Source: a bacterium (lineage in GTDB: Bacteria > Patescibacteriota > Microgenomatia > Daviesbacterales > UBA10151). Taken from it: DNA of 64,000 nucleotides. The stretch is from NCBI GenBank assembly GCA_021786315.1, contig JAJYNN010000002.1, forward strand, positions 398,997 through 462,996. The letters are read 5' to 3'. Below, one piece after another: positions 19,634-29,686 of this stretch (position 1 is its first letter; every line of letters begins with the position of its first letter). Both the position numbers and the translations under genes were made by a program. Below the pieces are notes generated by a model. It was not told where the DNA came from. It saw only the letters and a program-made list of their open reading frames with translations, and made no database searches.

Positions 19634-20314
19634 ATCCGGCCTGATTGCTTTAGTTTTTTCCAGGGATTTTTGCTCACGCCATTTTTTAATTTCCTGATGG
19701 TTTCCTGATGTTAAGACATTGGGGGCTGGTTCTCCTTCAAAGGTTTCCGGGCGGGTGTATTGCGGGTATTCAAGTTGCCCGGAAAGTGCGGGCGAGAAAC
19801 TTTCTTCGGTGGCAGCCTCCTCTTTCTTTAGCACTCCCGGAAGCAGCCGGACTATTGAATCAATTACCAATAAAGCTGGAAGTTCCCCCCCCGTTAAGAC
19901 ATAATCCCCAATTGAGATTTCAGCGTCAACATATTTATCAATAAACCTTTGGTCAATGCCTTCATAATGTCCGCAAATGATAACCAGGTGCTCGATCCCG
20001 GAAAGTTCCCAAGCCTGGGTTTCGTTGTAAGGTTTCCCTGATGCAGACATTAAAACTGTATACGGTTTTCGGGAAGATAAAGAATTTTTAGTTACGGATT
20101 CCCACGCGTTTGCCAAAACATCCGCCCGGAGTATCATGCCTGGGCCTCCCCCAAACGGCCGATCGTCTACGGATTTGTGGGTGCCGATACCAAATTCACG
20201 TAAATCAACGATCTCGTATTCCACCATGCCTTTATCTTGGGCGCGGTCCAGTATAGAGGTATTTAAAAAGGGATAAAAAAGGTCAGGAAATAAAGTTATT
20301 ACAGAGATCTTCAC
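19616..20314 (-). CDS. trmD: tRNA (guanine37-N1)-methyltransferase
   Basis: 232 aa. ISVITLFPDLF, DDRPFGGGPGM and SPIRE-fold motifs characteristic of TrmD. Confidence 0.9.
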   Translation of the reverse strand: MKISVITLFPDLFYPFLNTSILDRAQDKGMVEYEIVDLREFGIGTHKSVDDRPFGGGPGMILRADVLANAWESVTKNSLSSRKPYTVLMSASGKPYNETQAWELSGIEHLVIICGHYEGIDQRFIDKYVDAEISIGDYVLTGGELPALLVIDSIVRLLPGVLKKEEAATEESFSPALSGQLEYPQYTRPETFEGEPAPNVLTSGNHQEIKKWREQKSLEKTKAIRPDLLKRV

Positions 20315-20554
20315 TTAGACTTCCTGTAAGCTAACATTGACTCTCAACCGGCTGTTTTCGGCCATTGCCCGGGCTACCAGCAGTCTTCTGATCGCTCGGA
20401 TAGTTTGGCCGGACTTGCCGATAACCATTCCCATATCTTCCGGATCAACAGTTAAGTTTAAATTTAAGGCCTCGGAAGTAGTGTCTTCCTCTATCTTTAC
20501 AGCATCCGGCTTGGAAACCAAATTTTTAACAATGTAATCTAAGAGATCTTTCAT
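20315..20554 (-). CDS. KH-domain RNA-binding protein (UPF0109/YlqC-like)
   Basis: 79 aa containing GMVIGKSGQTIRAIRRLL (the KH GxxG loop). Located between rpsP and trmD, as in many bacteria. Confidence 0.75.
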   Translation of the reverse strand: MKDLLDYIVKNLVSKPDAVKIEEDTTSEALNLNLTVDPEDMGMVIGKSGQTIRAIRRLLVARAMAENSRLRVNVSLQEV

Positions 20555-21049
20555 TTACTCGCTTTTTTCTTCAGACTCTTCAGCTGGTTCTTCCTGGGGT
20601 TGCTCAGTCTGCTCTGTTTGTTCTGCTGGTGCAGCTTCTGCCTCTGCTTTCTCTGCTGTCTCTTCCGGTTCCACTGATTCGCTGACTAACTGATTTTCAG
20701 ATTCTCCGGTTTCATCTGGTTTCATCTGATCTTCTGATTTCTCTGATTCTACTGGAGCTGCTTGTGCCGCCGGCTTTTCTTCTTTTTCTTTCTTTGGTTT
20801 TCGGGGGGGCTTTTGGGGAGCCTGCTTGGTAATCCGAAGGTATCCGTCAGAAAATACTGCTCCGTTTTTGATCCATACTTCAATGCGGTCTTTCTTTAAG
20901 ATAATCTCTTTCGGTTCAGTTAACGGATTATAGGTACCGAGAAGTTCGAGGTATTTCCCGGTGCGCTTATTTCTTTCGTCAACAGCAACGACCCGGTAAA
21001 ACGGGCGCTTCTTTGAACCGATTCTCATTAACCTAATTTTTACTGACAT
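20555..21049 (-). CDS. rpsP: 30S ribosomal protein S16 with an acidic low-complexity C-terminal tail
   Basis: MSVKIRLMRIGSKKRPFYRVVAVDERNKRTGKYLE. The C-terminal ~85 aa are E/K/P/A-rich. Confidence 0.9.
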   Translation of the reverse strand: MSVKIRLMRIGSKKRPFYRVVAVDERNKRTGKYLELLGTYNPLTEPKEIILKKDRIEVWIKNGAVFSDGYLRITKQAPQKPPRKPKKEKEEKPAAQAAPVESEKSEDQMKPDETGESENQLVSESVEPEETAEKAEAEAAPAEQTEQTEQPQEEPAEESEEKSE

Positions 21050-21141
21050 GACGGAAAGTATACCTAAAAATAGCTACAGATACAAGAGTAAGAATTGTTA
21101 CTTTTAATTTCTAATTTAAAATTATTTACAGTAGTTGGGAA

Positions 21142-21828
21142 TCAGGTTAATTTCTTGAGGGCTTCTTTGGCAGCCTCTTCCTCAGCTTGTTGCTTATTGG
21201 AACCGTTACCCTCACCTATCTGGTCTTCTCTGACAAATACCCCCACTGTAAACCTTTTGGCATGGTCCGGTCCCAAAGATGCCAGCGTTTTATACTTCGG
21301 GGAAACCTGGAACCTGCTTTGGACAAGCTCCTGTAGTTCGCTTTTGGGGTCACGGGGCGCACCTTTTTTAATTTCTTCCGAGAACAGAGGCAACAGTGCC
21401 TTATGGACAAGTGTTCTGGCTGCCTCAATTCCCTGGTCCAAGAACGTTGCCCCGAGGACTGCTTCAAAGGTATTGGCCAGTATCTGGGTATTCTCTCTGC
21501 CTCCGGAGACTTCTTCGCCTTTGGAAAGTTTTAAGTATTTACCAAGGCCTAATTTTTGGGATGCTTTGGCTAAACTGTCAGTTTTAACAATATAAGCCCG
21601 TAAATTTGTTAGAGCTCCTTCGTTGTCTTCAGTTCTTAAATTAAATAAAAATGAAGAGACGATAAAAGAAAGCACAGAATCGCCCAAAAACTCCAAACGC
21701 TCGTTGGATTCTGTTGCTTCTTTGGACTCGTTTAAATACGAACGGTGTGTGAAAGCTTTTTCGTAAATTTGCCGGTCTTTGGGTGAAAGTCCTAACTCTT
21801 TTAAAATGCCTATAAAATCATTCTCCAT
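21142..21828 (-). CDS. rnc: Ribonuclease III
   Basis: 228 aa. RNase III signature ERLEFLGDSVL, plus a dsRBD C-terminus. Confidence 0.9.
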   Translation of the reverse strand: MENDFIGILKELGLSPKDRQIYEKAFTHRSYLNESKEATESNERLEFLGDSVLSFIVSSFLFNLRTEDNEGALTNLRAYIVKTDSLAKASQKLGLGKYLKLSKGEEVSGGRENTQILANTFEAVLGATFLDQGIEAARTLVHKALLPLFSEEIKKGAPRDPKSELQELVQSRFQVSPKYKTLASLGPDHAKRFTVGVFVREDQIGEGNGSNKQQAEEEAAKEALKKLT

Positions 21829-21899
21829 ACCTTATTTTAACAGTTTTGGGCGAGGCATAGCTGTTAGATTTACTCTAGCAGCTTAGCGCGTAGCGCCAA

Positions 21900-21958
21900 T
21901 TGCTTGAGTTACTCAAGCAATTTATTGTGAAACATCAAGCTCTAGAATTTATTCTAGT
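21900..21958. terminator. Two perfect palindromes (TTGCTTGAGTTACTCAAGCAA; CTAGAATTTATTCTAG) in the ACP-like/rnc intergenic region
   Basis: Read directly from the sequence. They lie downstream of the stop of the ACP-like gene (minus strand) and upstream of rnc. They could be a terminator, a processing site or an operator. Confidence 0.3.
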
Positions 21959-22182
21959 AGCTTATCTTCAATCAAGTCTACCAAGTCACCTACCGTTTCG
22001 ATATCTTCCATCTCTCTGGGATCAAATATAATAGTAAATCTCTTGGAAAGACTGGTAAAAAGGTCTGCAATCTCTACCCTGTTTAAGCCTAAATCGTCAG
22101 AAAGATCTGAATCTAAGTCTACATCGGTAACCGGCAGGGTTAATTCTTCGGCAATTGCTTCGATAATTTCCTTTTGTGTCAT
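21949..22182 (-). CDS. Acyl carrier protein-like protein with Ser replaced by Asn at the phosphopantetheine attachment site
   Basis: 77 aa. DLGLNRVEIADLFTSLSKRF aligns to the ACP [20 protein letters not shown] motif, with N in place of the modified S. Sits in the usual acpP position next to rnc. Confidence 0.55.
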   Translation of the reverse strand: MTQKEIIEAIAEELTLPVTDVDLDSDLSDDLGLNRVEIADLFTSLSKRFTIIFDPREMEDIETVGDLVDLIEDKLLE

Positions 22183-22556
22183 GCTTTTTCCTCCTTTTCT
22201 AAATGATGAGCAGTAATTACATTGCCCAACACGCCGTTAATGAAGCTGGAGCTGGTTTCTGCGCCAAACTCTTTAGCCAGTTCTACTGCTTCATCAGCGA
22301 CAACCTTAAACGGCACGTCTTTTTTAATTATTAACTCAAAAATTGCTAAACGCAAGATGGCTAAATCAACCCTATTAATTTGGTTTATAGGCCATTCAGG
22401 GGCAGCCTTGGTAAGTTCCTCGTCGATTTCAGAGAGGTTTTCAACAATCTTTTTTGCTTCCTCAGTATCGAGCTTGTCTTTACGGAATTCCCAGGTAAAC
22501 AGATCTTGCATGGCGGCAATTCGGGCTTTGTGTCTGGGGTCATGGGAGGTTTTCAT
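22179..22556 (-). CDS. nusB: Transcription antitermination factor NusB
   Basis: 125 aa. HKARIAAMQDLF... NusB-like helical protein; 4-nt overlap with the downstream gene. Confidence 0.8.
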   Translation of the reverse strand: MKTSHDPRHKARIAAMQDLFTWEFRKDKLDTEEAKKIVENLSEIDEELTKAAPEWPINQINRVDLAILRLAIFELIIKKDVPFKVVADEAVELAKEFGAETSSSFINGVLGNVITAHHLEKEEKA

Positions 22557-22577
22557 AATTTTTTTGAGGGTCTTAAA

Positions 22578-22778
22578 TTAAGCCTTGGTAACTACTACTC
22601 CCGTTTTGGCCTTAACCTTTTTTCCTGCGTAGAAACCACAGCTCTTGCAAACCTGGTGTGGAAGGGTCGGCTTGCCGCAATTAGCACACTTTAAAAGTCC
22701 AAGACTTTCCAGCTTAATACTGGCGCGTCTGGTTCTTTTTCTAGCCTTACTGTGTCGTCTTTTTGGTTCCTGTGGCAT
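22578..22778 (-). CDS. rpmF: 50S ribosomal protein L32
   Basis: 66 aa. PKRRHSKARKRTRRA... CANCGK...CKSCG, the zinc-ribbon L32 pattern. Confidence 0.85.
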   Translation of the reverse strand: MPQEPKRRHSKARKRTRRASIKLESLGLLKCANCGKPTLPHQVCKSCGFYAGKKVKAKTGVVVTKA

Positions 22779-22787
22779 ATGTTAATT

Positions 22788-24803
22788 TTAATCTGGCATC
22801 ACATCTGATGCAAGGTCTGACAATTTTCCTCTAATTTCAGGGTATTTGTCAAGCGTAGGATCTAAATTTAAAAGTAATGCAGCCGATTTCTTGGCTTCTT
22901 CAATCAGTTTCAAGTCAAAGAAGTTAGCTATCTTTAAGTTCCACCTGCCGCTTTGGCGGAGCCCGAATACTTCTCCGGATCCGCGGATTTTAAGGTCCAG
23001 TTCGGATAACTCCAGGCCTTCATGAATTGTTTCTAAATTTTTGAGTCTTTGGACAATTTCCGGATTTTCCTGTTCACTAAAAAGAAAGGTATAAGACTGA
23101 ACTAACCCTCTTCCTACCCTACCCCGCAGCTGATGGAGCTGTGCCAAACCAAATCTTTCTGCTCCTTCGATAACCATAATAGTGGCGTTGGTGACGTCTA
23201 CCCCTACTTCGACTACGGAAGTTGAAACCAGGATATCAATCTTATGGTTTTTGAAATCATTAATGACTTGTTCTTTCTCCTTAGCCTTTAGCTTTCCGTG
23301 TAAGAGCCCCAAATGTAAATCGGGAAAGATTTTTGTTTGCAGCCTTTCGTACTCTGTTTTGGCGGCTTTGGCCGATAAATTTGTCTCCGATTCTTCAATT
23401 AACGGGGTAATGATGTATACCTGGAAACCTTGCTTAACTTGGTCTGAGATAAATTTATACCCATCATCCCTCTTTTCTGAGGGTACAAAGTGGGTCCGGA
23501 CAATTTTCCTGCCCTTTGGTAGTTCGTCAATAATCGAAAGGTCCAGATCACCGTAAAGGGTCAAGGCAACGGTCCGGGGGATTGGTGTGGCGGTCATGGT
23601 CAAAAAATGCGGAACCTTTGCCTTTTTCCTCAAAACGGTCCTTTGCTCCACCCCAAAACGTTGTTGTTCATCCACGATAACCAGCCCAACATTTTCTAAA
23701 GAGAGTTTCTCTGAAAGTAGAGCATGTGTTCCTATAATAATAGATGAGCCGGTATTGGCGGCTTTCCTGCTTCCGGTATAAAGGCCTATTTCTATTCCCA
23801 AAGGAGAAAGCAGCCTGGAAAAAGTCTCAAAATGCTGAAAAGCTAAGATTTCGGTTGGAGCCATCAGAGTGACTTTGAGCCCATTTAAGTGGACGAGATA
23901 GGCTGCCAAGGCTGCAACGACAGTTTTACCGGAACCAACCTCTCCTTGGACCAATCTATTCATTGGCTGGGTCTTCCCTAAATCCTTAATTATTTCTTCT
24001 AAGACTCTAAGTTGCGCTCCGGTTAGCTCAAAAGGTAATGATTGAATAAACTCCTCTAACCTTTTCCGGTCGATTCTTAATGGCTCAACAACTTGTTGTT
24101 TTTGCCATTCTAACCTTTTCTTCTGGGTGGCCAGCTGTAAATAAAACAGTTCGTCAAAAGATAAACGTTGCCGGGCTTTTTCCAGCTTTTCCCCGTTATC
24201 CGGGAAGTGGACCTGTTCTAAAGATTCGCTCAAAGATAGCTTATCTTTTTTAATGATATCGGGAAGCGGGTCGGAAATTTTAGGAAGCATCACCGGCAAA
24301 ACTAAAGACATCTTTTGCCTGATCCAGCGGGAGGAAACGTTAGCTGTTTCCGGATAAACCGGAACTAATCTTCCTGTGTGGAGCGATTCCATCTGAACTT
24401 CCGGCGCCTTTTCCCAGACCGGTGAAACCAAACTAACTTTTGCATGGTACTTGTCAACCTTTCCGGCTACCCTTATCCGGTCCCCTGACTTTAAAGTCTT
24501 AGTCAGCCAGGGTTGGTTAAACCAGACTAGCTCGACTGTGCCTCCCCCATCATTTAATAATGCCTTGGTGAGAATTTTGCGGTTTCGGGTATAAACATTG
24601 GAGATTGACCAAAGCTCACCGGTTAGAGTTACTTTTTCCCCAACCTGGGCTTCCGCCACTGTACTGGTGTGGGAAAGATCGTCATAACGGAAAGGATAAT
24701 GGGTGATTAAATCGCCGACATTAAAAAGCTCTAATCTTTCCAGTCTCTTGGCAAAAGATGGACCGATACCAGGGATGTTATAAAGTGGTGTCTTAAGATC
24801 CAT
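22788..24803 (-). CDS. recG: ATP-dependent DNA helicase RecG
   Basis: 671 aa. Wedge domain N-terminus, Walker A GEVGSGKT, DEQQRFG (DExH box), and helicase C motifs QLHQLRGRVGRG. Confidence 0.9.
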   Translation of the reverse strand: MDLKTPLYNIPGIGPSFAKRLERLELFNVGDLITHYPFRYDDLSHTSTVAEAQVGEKVTLTGELWSISNVYTRNRKILTKALLNDGGGTVELVWFNQPWLTKTLKSGDRIRVAGKVDKYHAKVSLVSPVWEKAPEVQMESLHTGRLVPVYPETANVSSRWIRQKMSLVLPVMLPKISDPLPDIIKKDKLSLSESLEQVHFPDNGEKLEKARQRLSFDELFYLQLATQKKRLEWQKQQVVEPLRIDRKRLEEFIQSLPFELTGAQLRVLEEIIKDLGKTQPMNRLVQGEVGSGKTVVAALAAYLVHLNGLKVTLMAPTEILAFQHFETFSRLLSPLGIEIGLYTGSRKAANTGSSIIIGTHALLSEKLSLENVGLVIVDEQQRFGVEQRTVLRKKAKVPHFLTMTATPIPRTVALTLYGDLDLSIIDELPKGRKIVRTHFVPSEKRDDGYKFISDQVKQGFQVYIITPLIEESETNLSAKAAKTEYERLQTKIFPDLHLGLLHGKLKAKEKEQVINDFKNHKIDILVSTSVVEVGVDVTNATIMVIEGAERFGLAQLHQLRGRVGRGLVQSYTFLFSEQENPEIVQRLKNLETIHEGLELSELDLKIRGSGEVFGLRQSGRWNLKIANFFDLKLIEEAKKSAALLLNLDPTLDKYPEIRGKLSDLASDVMPD

Positions 24804-24815
24804 GAAGGCATTATA

Positions 24816-27800
24816 TCAGGCTTGAGTTACGGTGAAGGTGACAGCGCCGCTTTGAGGATCGTACGTTACCGAGCTAAAGTGGCGGCCTTTTTCTTGGACT
24901 ATTTCTTTATATGCTGCAATCTTGTCCAAGTCTGTTTCGGTCAGCTTGTTTATTGAAACCGGGATTCTCAAAGTTCCGTTGGCGCCCAGAATGTTGTTTG
25001 TCATAGCGATTTTCATGCTTCCTGCCATCCGCTCATCCATGCCCTGCCAGTACCTGTCAGCATTGCCATTTCCGTTAATTCCTGCCTCTGGCTCGGTTAC
25101 TTCAGGAGAGGATAGCAGTTCCTTAATATCTGCCTGGGTCGATGTTCCGTTCTGCTTCGGAGGTGTTTTTGCTGACGGAGTACTTTGGGAATTATTTCCG
25201 GCCTCTTTTGCCTCAATTGCCCGTTGGATGTTACGGTCAGGCGTTCCATATTGCTGGTAGTGCTGGTAGGCATCGAAAAGCATTCTGGCAACTAACTTAA
25301 TTTGCATCTGGTTCAATAGCTTATTGTGCGATTCCAGTTGCAGATATTTCCCCAGATTCATTCCGTCAACATCTGTAAAGTCCGGCATTCTTAAATTAAG
25401 GTTGAGTACTTGTTCGGTGACTGGAAGGTGAGCATCTTCACCCGGCCTCAAAGATCTTTGGATCTCCGGCTCGAATAATTTGTAGAATTGGTCGCTGATT
25501 TTATAGTAGTTTTGAGAAAGGATATAAATCCTTTCAGCTACAGCGTTAGCTAAATCTTCTTCATTTTTGAAGTTTCCGCTTTTGCGGATGGAATCTGTAA
25601 GTGAACCCAGGGTGATGTCATTGTCCCCGGTGATTGTCCGTAAAACATTAATGTCGCTGACTGCGGTTTTGGCGGTAACTTCCGCTTCCCTGTCGGGAAT
25701 CAGCTGGTCATTGTCCTGGATCAACCCAAAAACCCTGGTTGTAACAGCATCTTCAAAACTACTCTCCAGCTCCTCAACTTTAGTTTCTTCTGCTATTGGC
25801 TGGTTATCTTCAATTGGTTGGGTATTCGCAAGGTTCTCGGTAGTTGTCTTTATAGGAGCTACCATTCGATCGTGATGGTCTGGATCAGGAGCATATTCAC
25901 CAATCTCCAATCCTCTCTTTTCTCTGGCGAGCATTCTATAAACTGCCATTACCTCCTTGTCGTATAAGGTGGGGTTATCAGGGCTTTTTGCATTGATCCA
26001 GGTAGCTCCGTTCTTTAGATCATTGTCAATGTTATCTAGGATTTGTTGCTCCACCTCTTCCCTGTCTCCTATGGCTTCAAAGTACTGTTCAACCAACTCT
26101 GCCTCGGAAAGATTATTTCCTATTTGGTCCGGAGCTGAATCTGCATCAATCTGTATGGATTCAGTCTGGTTCGGGTTAGAATTGGTTGGTCCAGGTTTTT
26201 GTATTGGGGCTATCATAAATTCTGGGTTGTTCGGGTCTGGTTTAAACTCTCCGATTTCTAACCCCCTTTTGTCTTTGGCCAGTTTTTGCACTGCAGCTAA
26301 TTGCTGTTTATCGTAGTCGGTTAGGTCGTCGCCATGTGCCGGTATGGAGATGGTTCCAGAGGCAACGGATTTGTCAATATTATCCAAAGCAAGAGTTTCA
26401 AACTCTTGCCGATTAGATCCAAGCAGATTATAAAATTGTTCGGCTAAGTCATTGTTTGTATCTTTAGAAGATGGATTGGTTGTTTCTGCTTGTTGTCCTG
26501 CTCTCTGTATCTTATCTGCTTCTTCTTGAGCATGATGTCTTTCGGTTTCGGGCTTATAACCCTGGTCTTTATTCGGTCCAAGCGGTTTTCTTGGCGCCAA
26601 AATAGTGGGAATAAATCCAGCTGCGGGATCAGAAGGACCGGCAATATTTGTGGGTATTGCATGAAGAATTGCATAACCAGGTGAATGGGTGGTGATAGTA
26701 TCTACACCCTGTCCGACGGAGGTGGCAACAATGGAGCGGCCTAAATTTCCGGCTGCATCATGCTCAACATGGGCAATCTCTACAAATTTCGCCAACTGGA
26801 CAACTTTGCCGTTCTCTACTTTAAAGAATTGGTTAAGGTCAGAACCGGAAGGAAGATTAATATGGCCATGGCTATCCTCACTAACTACCAATTTAATGAC
26901 ATCACGAGCCTGGTCGGCTGCATCATTGGGGGTAATTAAAATTTCGAAATTCTTGAAAGTTTTTACTCCGTCGGCTCCGGTTAAGATATCGTGGTTAATA
27001 TCCGTCGGCACGGTATTTTCCCGGATAACATTGGACATATCAATGTCTACTGTTCCGTCAGGGTTAGTGTTTAGCTGAAGCTGGAGCTCATCCCGGTCGT
27101 AGACGCCGGGAGTTCCGTTATCAATGAACCTGGTCCGGTGAGCCTTGTCCGCACTATCTTTGAAAGCATCCAAAGGGTTTTTGGTCTCCGTTTTTCCGGG
27201 GATTTCGGTGGTTGATGTATTAAAACCAGCGGCTTTGAGGTCGGACTGGAGTTTGTCAAAATCAGTCCCGGGAAGCTTGGATTGGTCAAAATCTATTTGG
27301 GCATCATTGCCAACGGTTCCGTGATACTCAACCCCGGTAGATTTATCAGTAAGCACTACCTCGTGGGTTTTCCCGATAACGGTAAGGTTCATCTTGTCGG
27401 TGGAGAAGCTTTCGGTGTTGCCGGAGGTAACAACTGTTTTAATATGGTCAGCGCTCAGCCCCGGGTTTTTGGGTGTCAACTCATGCGCTACATTGAGCCC
27501 GGCGCCGCCGATAAAATTTTGGACGGCGGCTGCTTCAGCAACGTTTGGCCGGCCAAATAAATTGCCGAGGTGTTTGGCGCCACTCTCCACCATTGTTTCG
27601 CCCATGTTTATCCCCAGGGCTCTGCCTCCTACAGCCATGACTTCCTGGGAAATCAATCCTCCCGCAAGACCCGAGATTGCTCCGAATGCCACTGCTTTTG
27701 CCGCTTCTGCCCGACGGTATTTATTAAAATTACTGGTTTGTTCTTGTTGGATATCAGCAAAGTTATTCCAGAACCTTTCATCTGCTTCTATCAACTTGCC

Positions 27801-29681
27801 TGTAATTTGTTCATCGGTTAACCCGGCACCTTTCAATTTTTCCTTGGCGATAACCTGGGCTTTAACAAGTTCCAGCTTTTCTACCTCAGTGGTGAACCGG
27901 TCAGAAAACTGGATTAAATCGACTTTATTGAGGATGCCGTAATCGATACGGGCGTCAATTTCGGCAACTTTTTCAATCAGCTTATTAATGGACAGCTCTG
28001 TAGAAAGGTCAGCATTTGTCAGTGTATCCAGTTCTGAAGATAAACCTTTGGCGGTAACCCTTTCCCCATCCTCTGAGATATTGAGGCGGAACTCATCAAG
28101 CTTAGCCCTTCTTTTGTCCGCCTTCCCTTTATCAGTTTTACCATAAGCACGGTCCCTTTCGTTAAGCTCAAAATCTCTTTTAAGGTCTGTCCATCGCCTG
28201 AGCCCGGCAAAAACTCCGCCTAGGGCTGCTCCAGCCAGAGGGAAACCTGTAGCTGCCTTTGATCCCCAGCCTAAAATCCCTTTTGCCCCAGCCCCGGCTG
28301 CCCCAAAAGCTACTCCAATAAAGAATGGGTTTGCCAGGAGTCCGCGGTATTGTCCTCCCTGCAGCCAGTTCATTGTCTTTTCCAGTTTTGAATAATCTGC
28401 CTCAGTAGTCGCGGCATTGATGGTTCGGGCAAATTGGAAATCCAATCTTTGGTCAAGGTTATCCAGTCCCTCAGTTCCCCGTTCGAAGGACAGCCGGATT
28501 TTTTGGGCAACCTCAAGAATATTGTTACCGATAAATTTAGCGTCTTTAATATAGGCTGCTACATCGGGGTTATTTTTAAGATCTTCGATCAGGGATTGAG
28601 ATTCACTGTTAAATTCATCAACCGTTATCTCTCCTTTGGTAAAACGGGTAATTAACCCGGAAACCTTATTATTAAACTCTGCATTTTCATACTTTGCGGA
28701 TTCTTCCTCTTTGTAAACCTTGCCTTCCGCAACCCGCTCCGCAACGCTGGTAGTTTGAAGTTTTTGTTTTTCCCGGGCGTCGTTTACTTCCTTCAAAGCG
28801 CCGGATAAAGAATCAATTTCGGTAAAGTAAATCCCGCTTTCAATTGCAGCCGCTTGGCATTGCTCAGCTTTAGTATATTTATAATATTGCTCCCCTAGCC
28901 TGAATTTTGCTGCCCTGAACCATTCCAGCGGGTTTAACCTGTTTTTAACATGCAGTTGTTCCCGGACATATTCCCCTGCCTGCTCCCGGGCCATCTTTTT
29001 GGCATCATCGTCGACATTGGCTACACCGATGGTATAACGCTCCACTGAAGACGGCGGTGTAGGTGGGGTTGGTGGAGGTGGGGTTGGCGGGGTTGGTGGA
29101 GGTGGCTCTTCATCCTTCGGAGGCACAAACAGCTCCCGGCGTTTTTTCAGGGTATCAATGGCAATTTCGACATTCTTGTTGTAATCTGGCGTGATTCGCC
29201 CGTCCATCCGCATACGGTAGATCTCTTCCCTTACCCTGGCTTGGTAATAACGGGGTACCCATCTCCAGGGTAAATCAAAGTAGTCCTTGGTATTTTTTCT
29301 TTGGGTTAAAGTCCGGAGTATATCCTGCAGCTCTTGGGCACGGGCCAAATCCTTATTTTTGCGCGCTTCTTTGTGTTGAGCTTCGAGATAGGTCAGCATT
29401 TCATCAACCGGGATTCCTTCTTTCTGCTCCTTGATGACTTTCCCTTTCTCATCTGCCAGTTCAAGTGTTTCCGTACCGTCGCCTCCAGCCTCCAGGTCGG
29501 CAATCCTGGTTTTTATGGTATCGAGTTCAATGCTCTGGGCTTTGGTTCTTTTGGCTTCGGGAATAGTTTCAAAAAGCGACACCCCGTTTTTAAGGGATTC
29601 CACTACCCTCTCGTGAGTTAACCTTTCTTTTCCCTTCGCAGCCTCAGGGGAGATGACAGAGATATCAGGGCTGGTGACCAT
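24816..29681 (-). CDS. Giant hypothetical protein (1621 aa) with a Pro/Thr linker, a Gly-rich hydrophobic segment and internal ~75-aa repeats
   Basis: Single uninterrupted ORF. Contains PPPPTPPTPPPPTPPTPP; GVAFGAAGAGAKGILGWGSKAATGFPLAGAALGGVFAGL; and the duplicated segments ...LAKDKRGLEIGEFKPDPNNPEFMIAPI... and ...LAREKRGLEIGEYAPDPDHHDRMVAPI.... No recognisable enzymatic motif. Confidence 0.6.
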   Translation of the reverse strand: MVTSPDISVISPEAAKGKERLTHERVVESLKNGVSLFETIPEAKRTKAQSIELDTIKTRIADLEAGGDGTETLELADEKGKVIKEQKEGIPVDEMLTYLEAQHKEARKNKDLARAQELQDILRTLTQRKNTKDYFDLPWRWVPRYYQARVREEIYRMRMDGRITPDYNKNVEIAIDTLKKRRELFVPPKDEEPPPPTPPTPPPPTPPTPPSSVERYTIGVANVDDDAKKMAREQAGEYVREQLHVKNRLNPLEWFRAAKFRLGEQYYKYTKAEQCQAAAIESGIYFTEIDSLSGALKEVNDAREKQKLQTTSVAERVAEGKVYKEEESAKYENAEFNNKVSGLITRFTKGEITVDEFNSESQSLIEDLKNNPDVAAYIKDAKFIGNNILEVAQKIRLSFERGTEGLDNLDQRLDFQFARTINAATTEADYSKLEKTMNWLQGGQYRGLLANPFFIGVAFGAAGAGAKGILGWGSKAATGFPLAGAALGGVFAGLRRWTDLKRDFELNERDRAYGKTDKGKADKRRAKLDEFRLNISEDGERVTAKGLSSELDTLTNADLSTELSINKLIEKVAEIDARIDYGILNKVDLIQFSDRFTTEVEKLELVKAQVIAKEKLKGAGLTDEQITGKLIEADERFWNNFADIQQEQTSNFNKYRRAEAAKAVAFGAISGLAGGLISQEVMAVGGRALGINMGETMVESGAKHLGNLFGRPNVAEAAAVQNFIGGAGLNVAHELTPKNPGLSADHIKTVVTSGNTESFSTDKMNLTVIGKTHEVVLTDKSTGVEYHGTVGNDAQIDFDQSKLPGTDFDKLQSDLKAAGFNTSTTEIPGKTETKNPLDAFKDSADKAHRTRFIDNGTPGVYDRDELQLQLNTNPDGTVDIDMSNVIRENTVPTDINHDILTGADGVKTFKNFEILITPNDAADQARDVIKLVVSEDSHGHINLPSGSDLNQFFKVENGKVVQLAKFVEIAHVEHDAAGNLGRSIVATSVGQGVDTITTHSPGYAILHAIPTNIAGPSDPAAGFIPTILAPRKPLGPNKDQGYKPETERHHAQEEADKIQRAGQQAETTNPSSKDTNNDLAEQFYNLLGSNRQEFETLALDNIDKSVASGTISIPAHGDDLTDYDKQQLAAVQKLAKDKRGLEIGEFKPDPNNPEFMIAPIQKPGPTNSNPNQTESIQIDADSAPDQIGNNLSEAELVEQYFEAIGDREEVEQQILDNIDNDLKNGATWINAKSPDNPTLYDKEVMAVYRMLAREKRGLEIGEYAPDPDHHDRMVAPIKTTTENLANTQPIEDNQPIAEETKVEELESSFEDAVTTRVFGLIQDNDQLIPDREAEVTAKTAVSDINVLRTITGDNDITLGSLTDSIRKSGNFKNEEDLANAVAERIYILSQNYYKISDQFYKLFEPEIQRSLRPGEDAHLPVTEQVLNLNLRMPDFTDVDGMNLGKYLQLESHNKLLNQMQIKLVARMLFDAYQHYQQYGTPDRNIQRAIEAKEAGNNSQSTPSAKTPPKQNGTSTQADIKELLSSPEVTEPEAGINGNGNADRYWQGMDERMAGSMKIAMTNNILGANGTLRIPVSINKLTETDLDKIAAYKEIVQEKGRHFSSVTYDPQSGAVTFTVTQA

Positions 29682-29686
29682 ATCTT

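Noticed and set aside
20700-20730. Tandem GGTTTCATCT x2 inside rpsP.
   Set aside because: It lies in the low-complexity acidic tail coding region, is in frame and only 2 copies. It was not considered functional.
29040-29100. DNA-level tandem repeat GGTGGGGTTGGTGGAGGT... considered as a possible CRISPR-like or minisatellite feature.
   Set aside because: It simply encodes the PPTPP linker of the giant protein. It has no spacer-repeat architecture, and no CRISPR array exists anywhere in the window.
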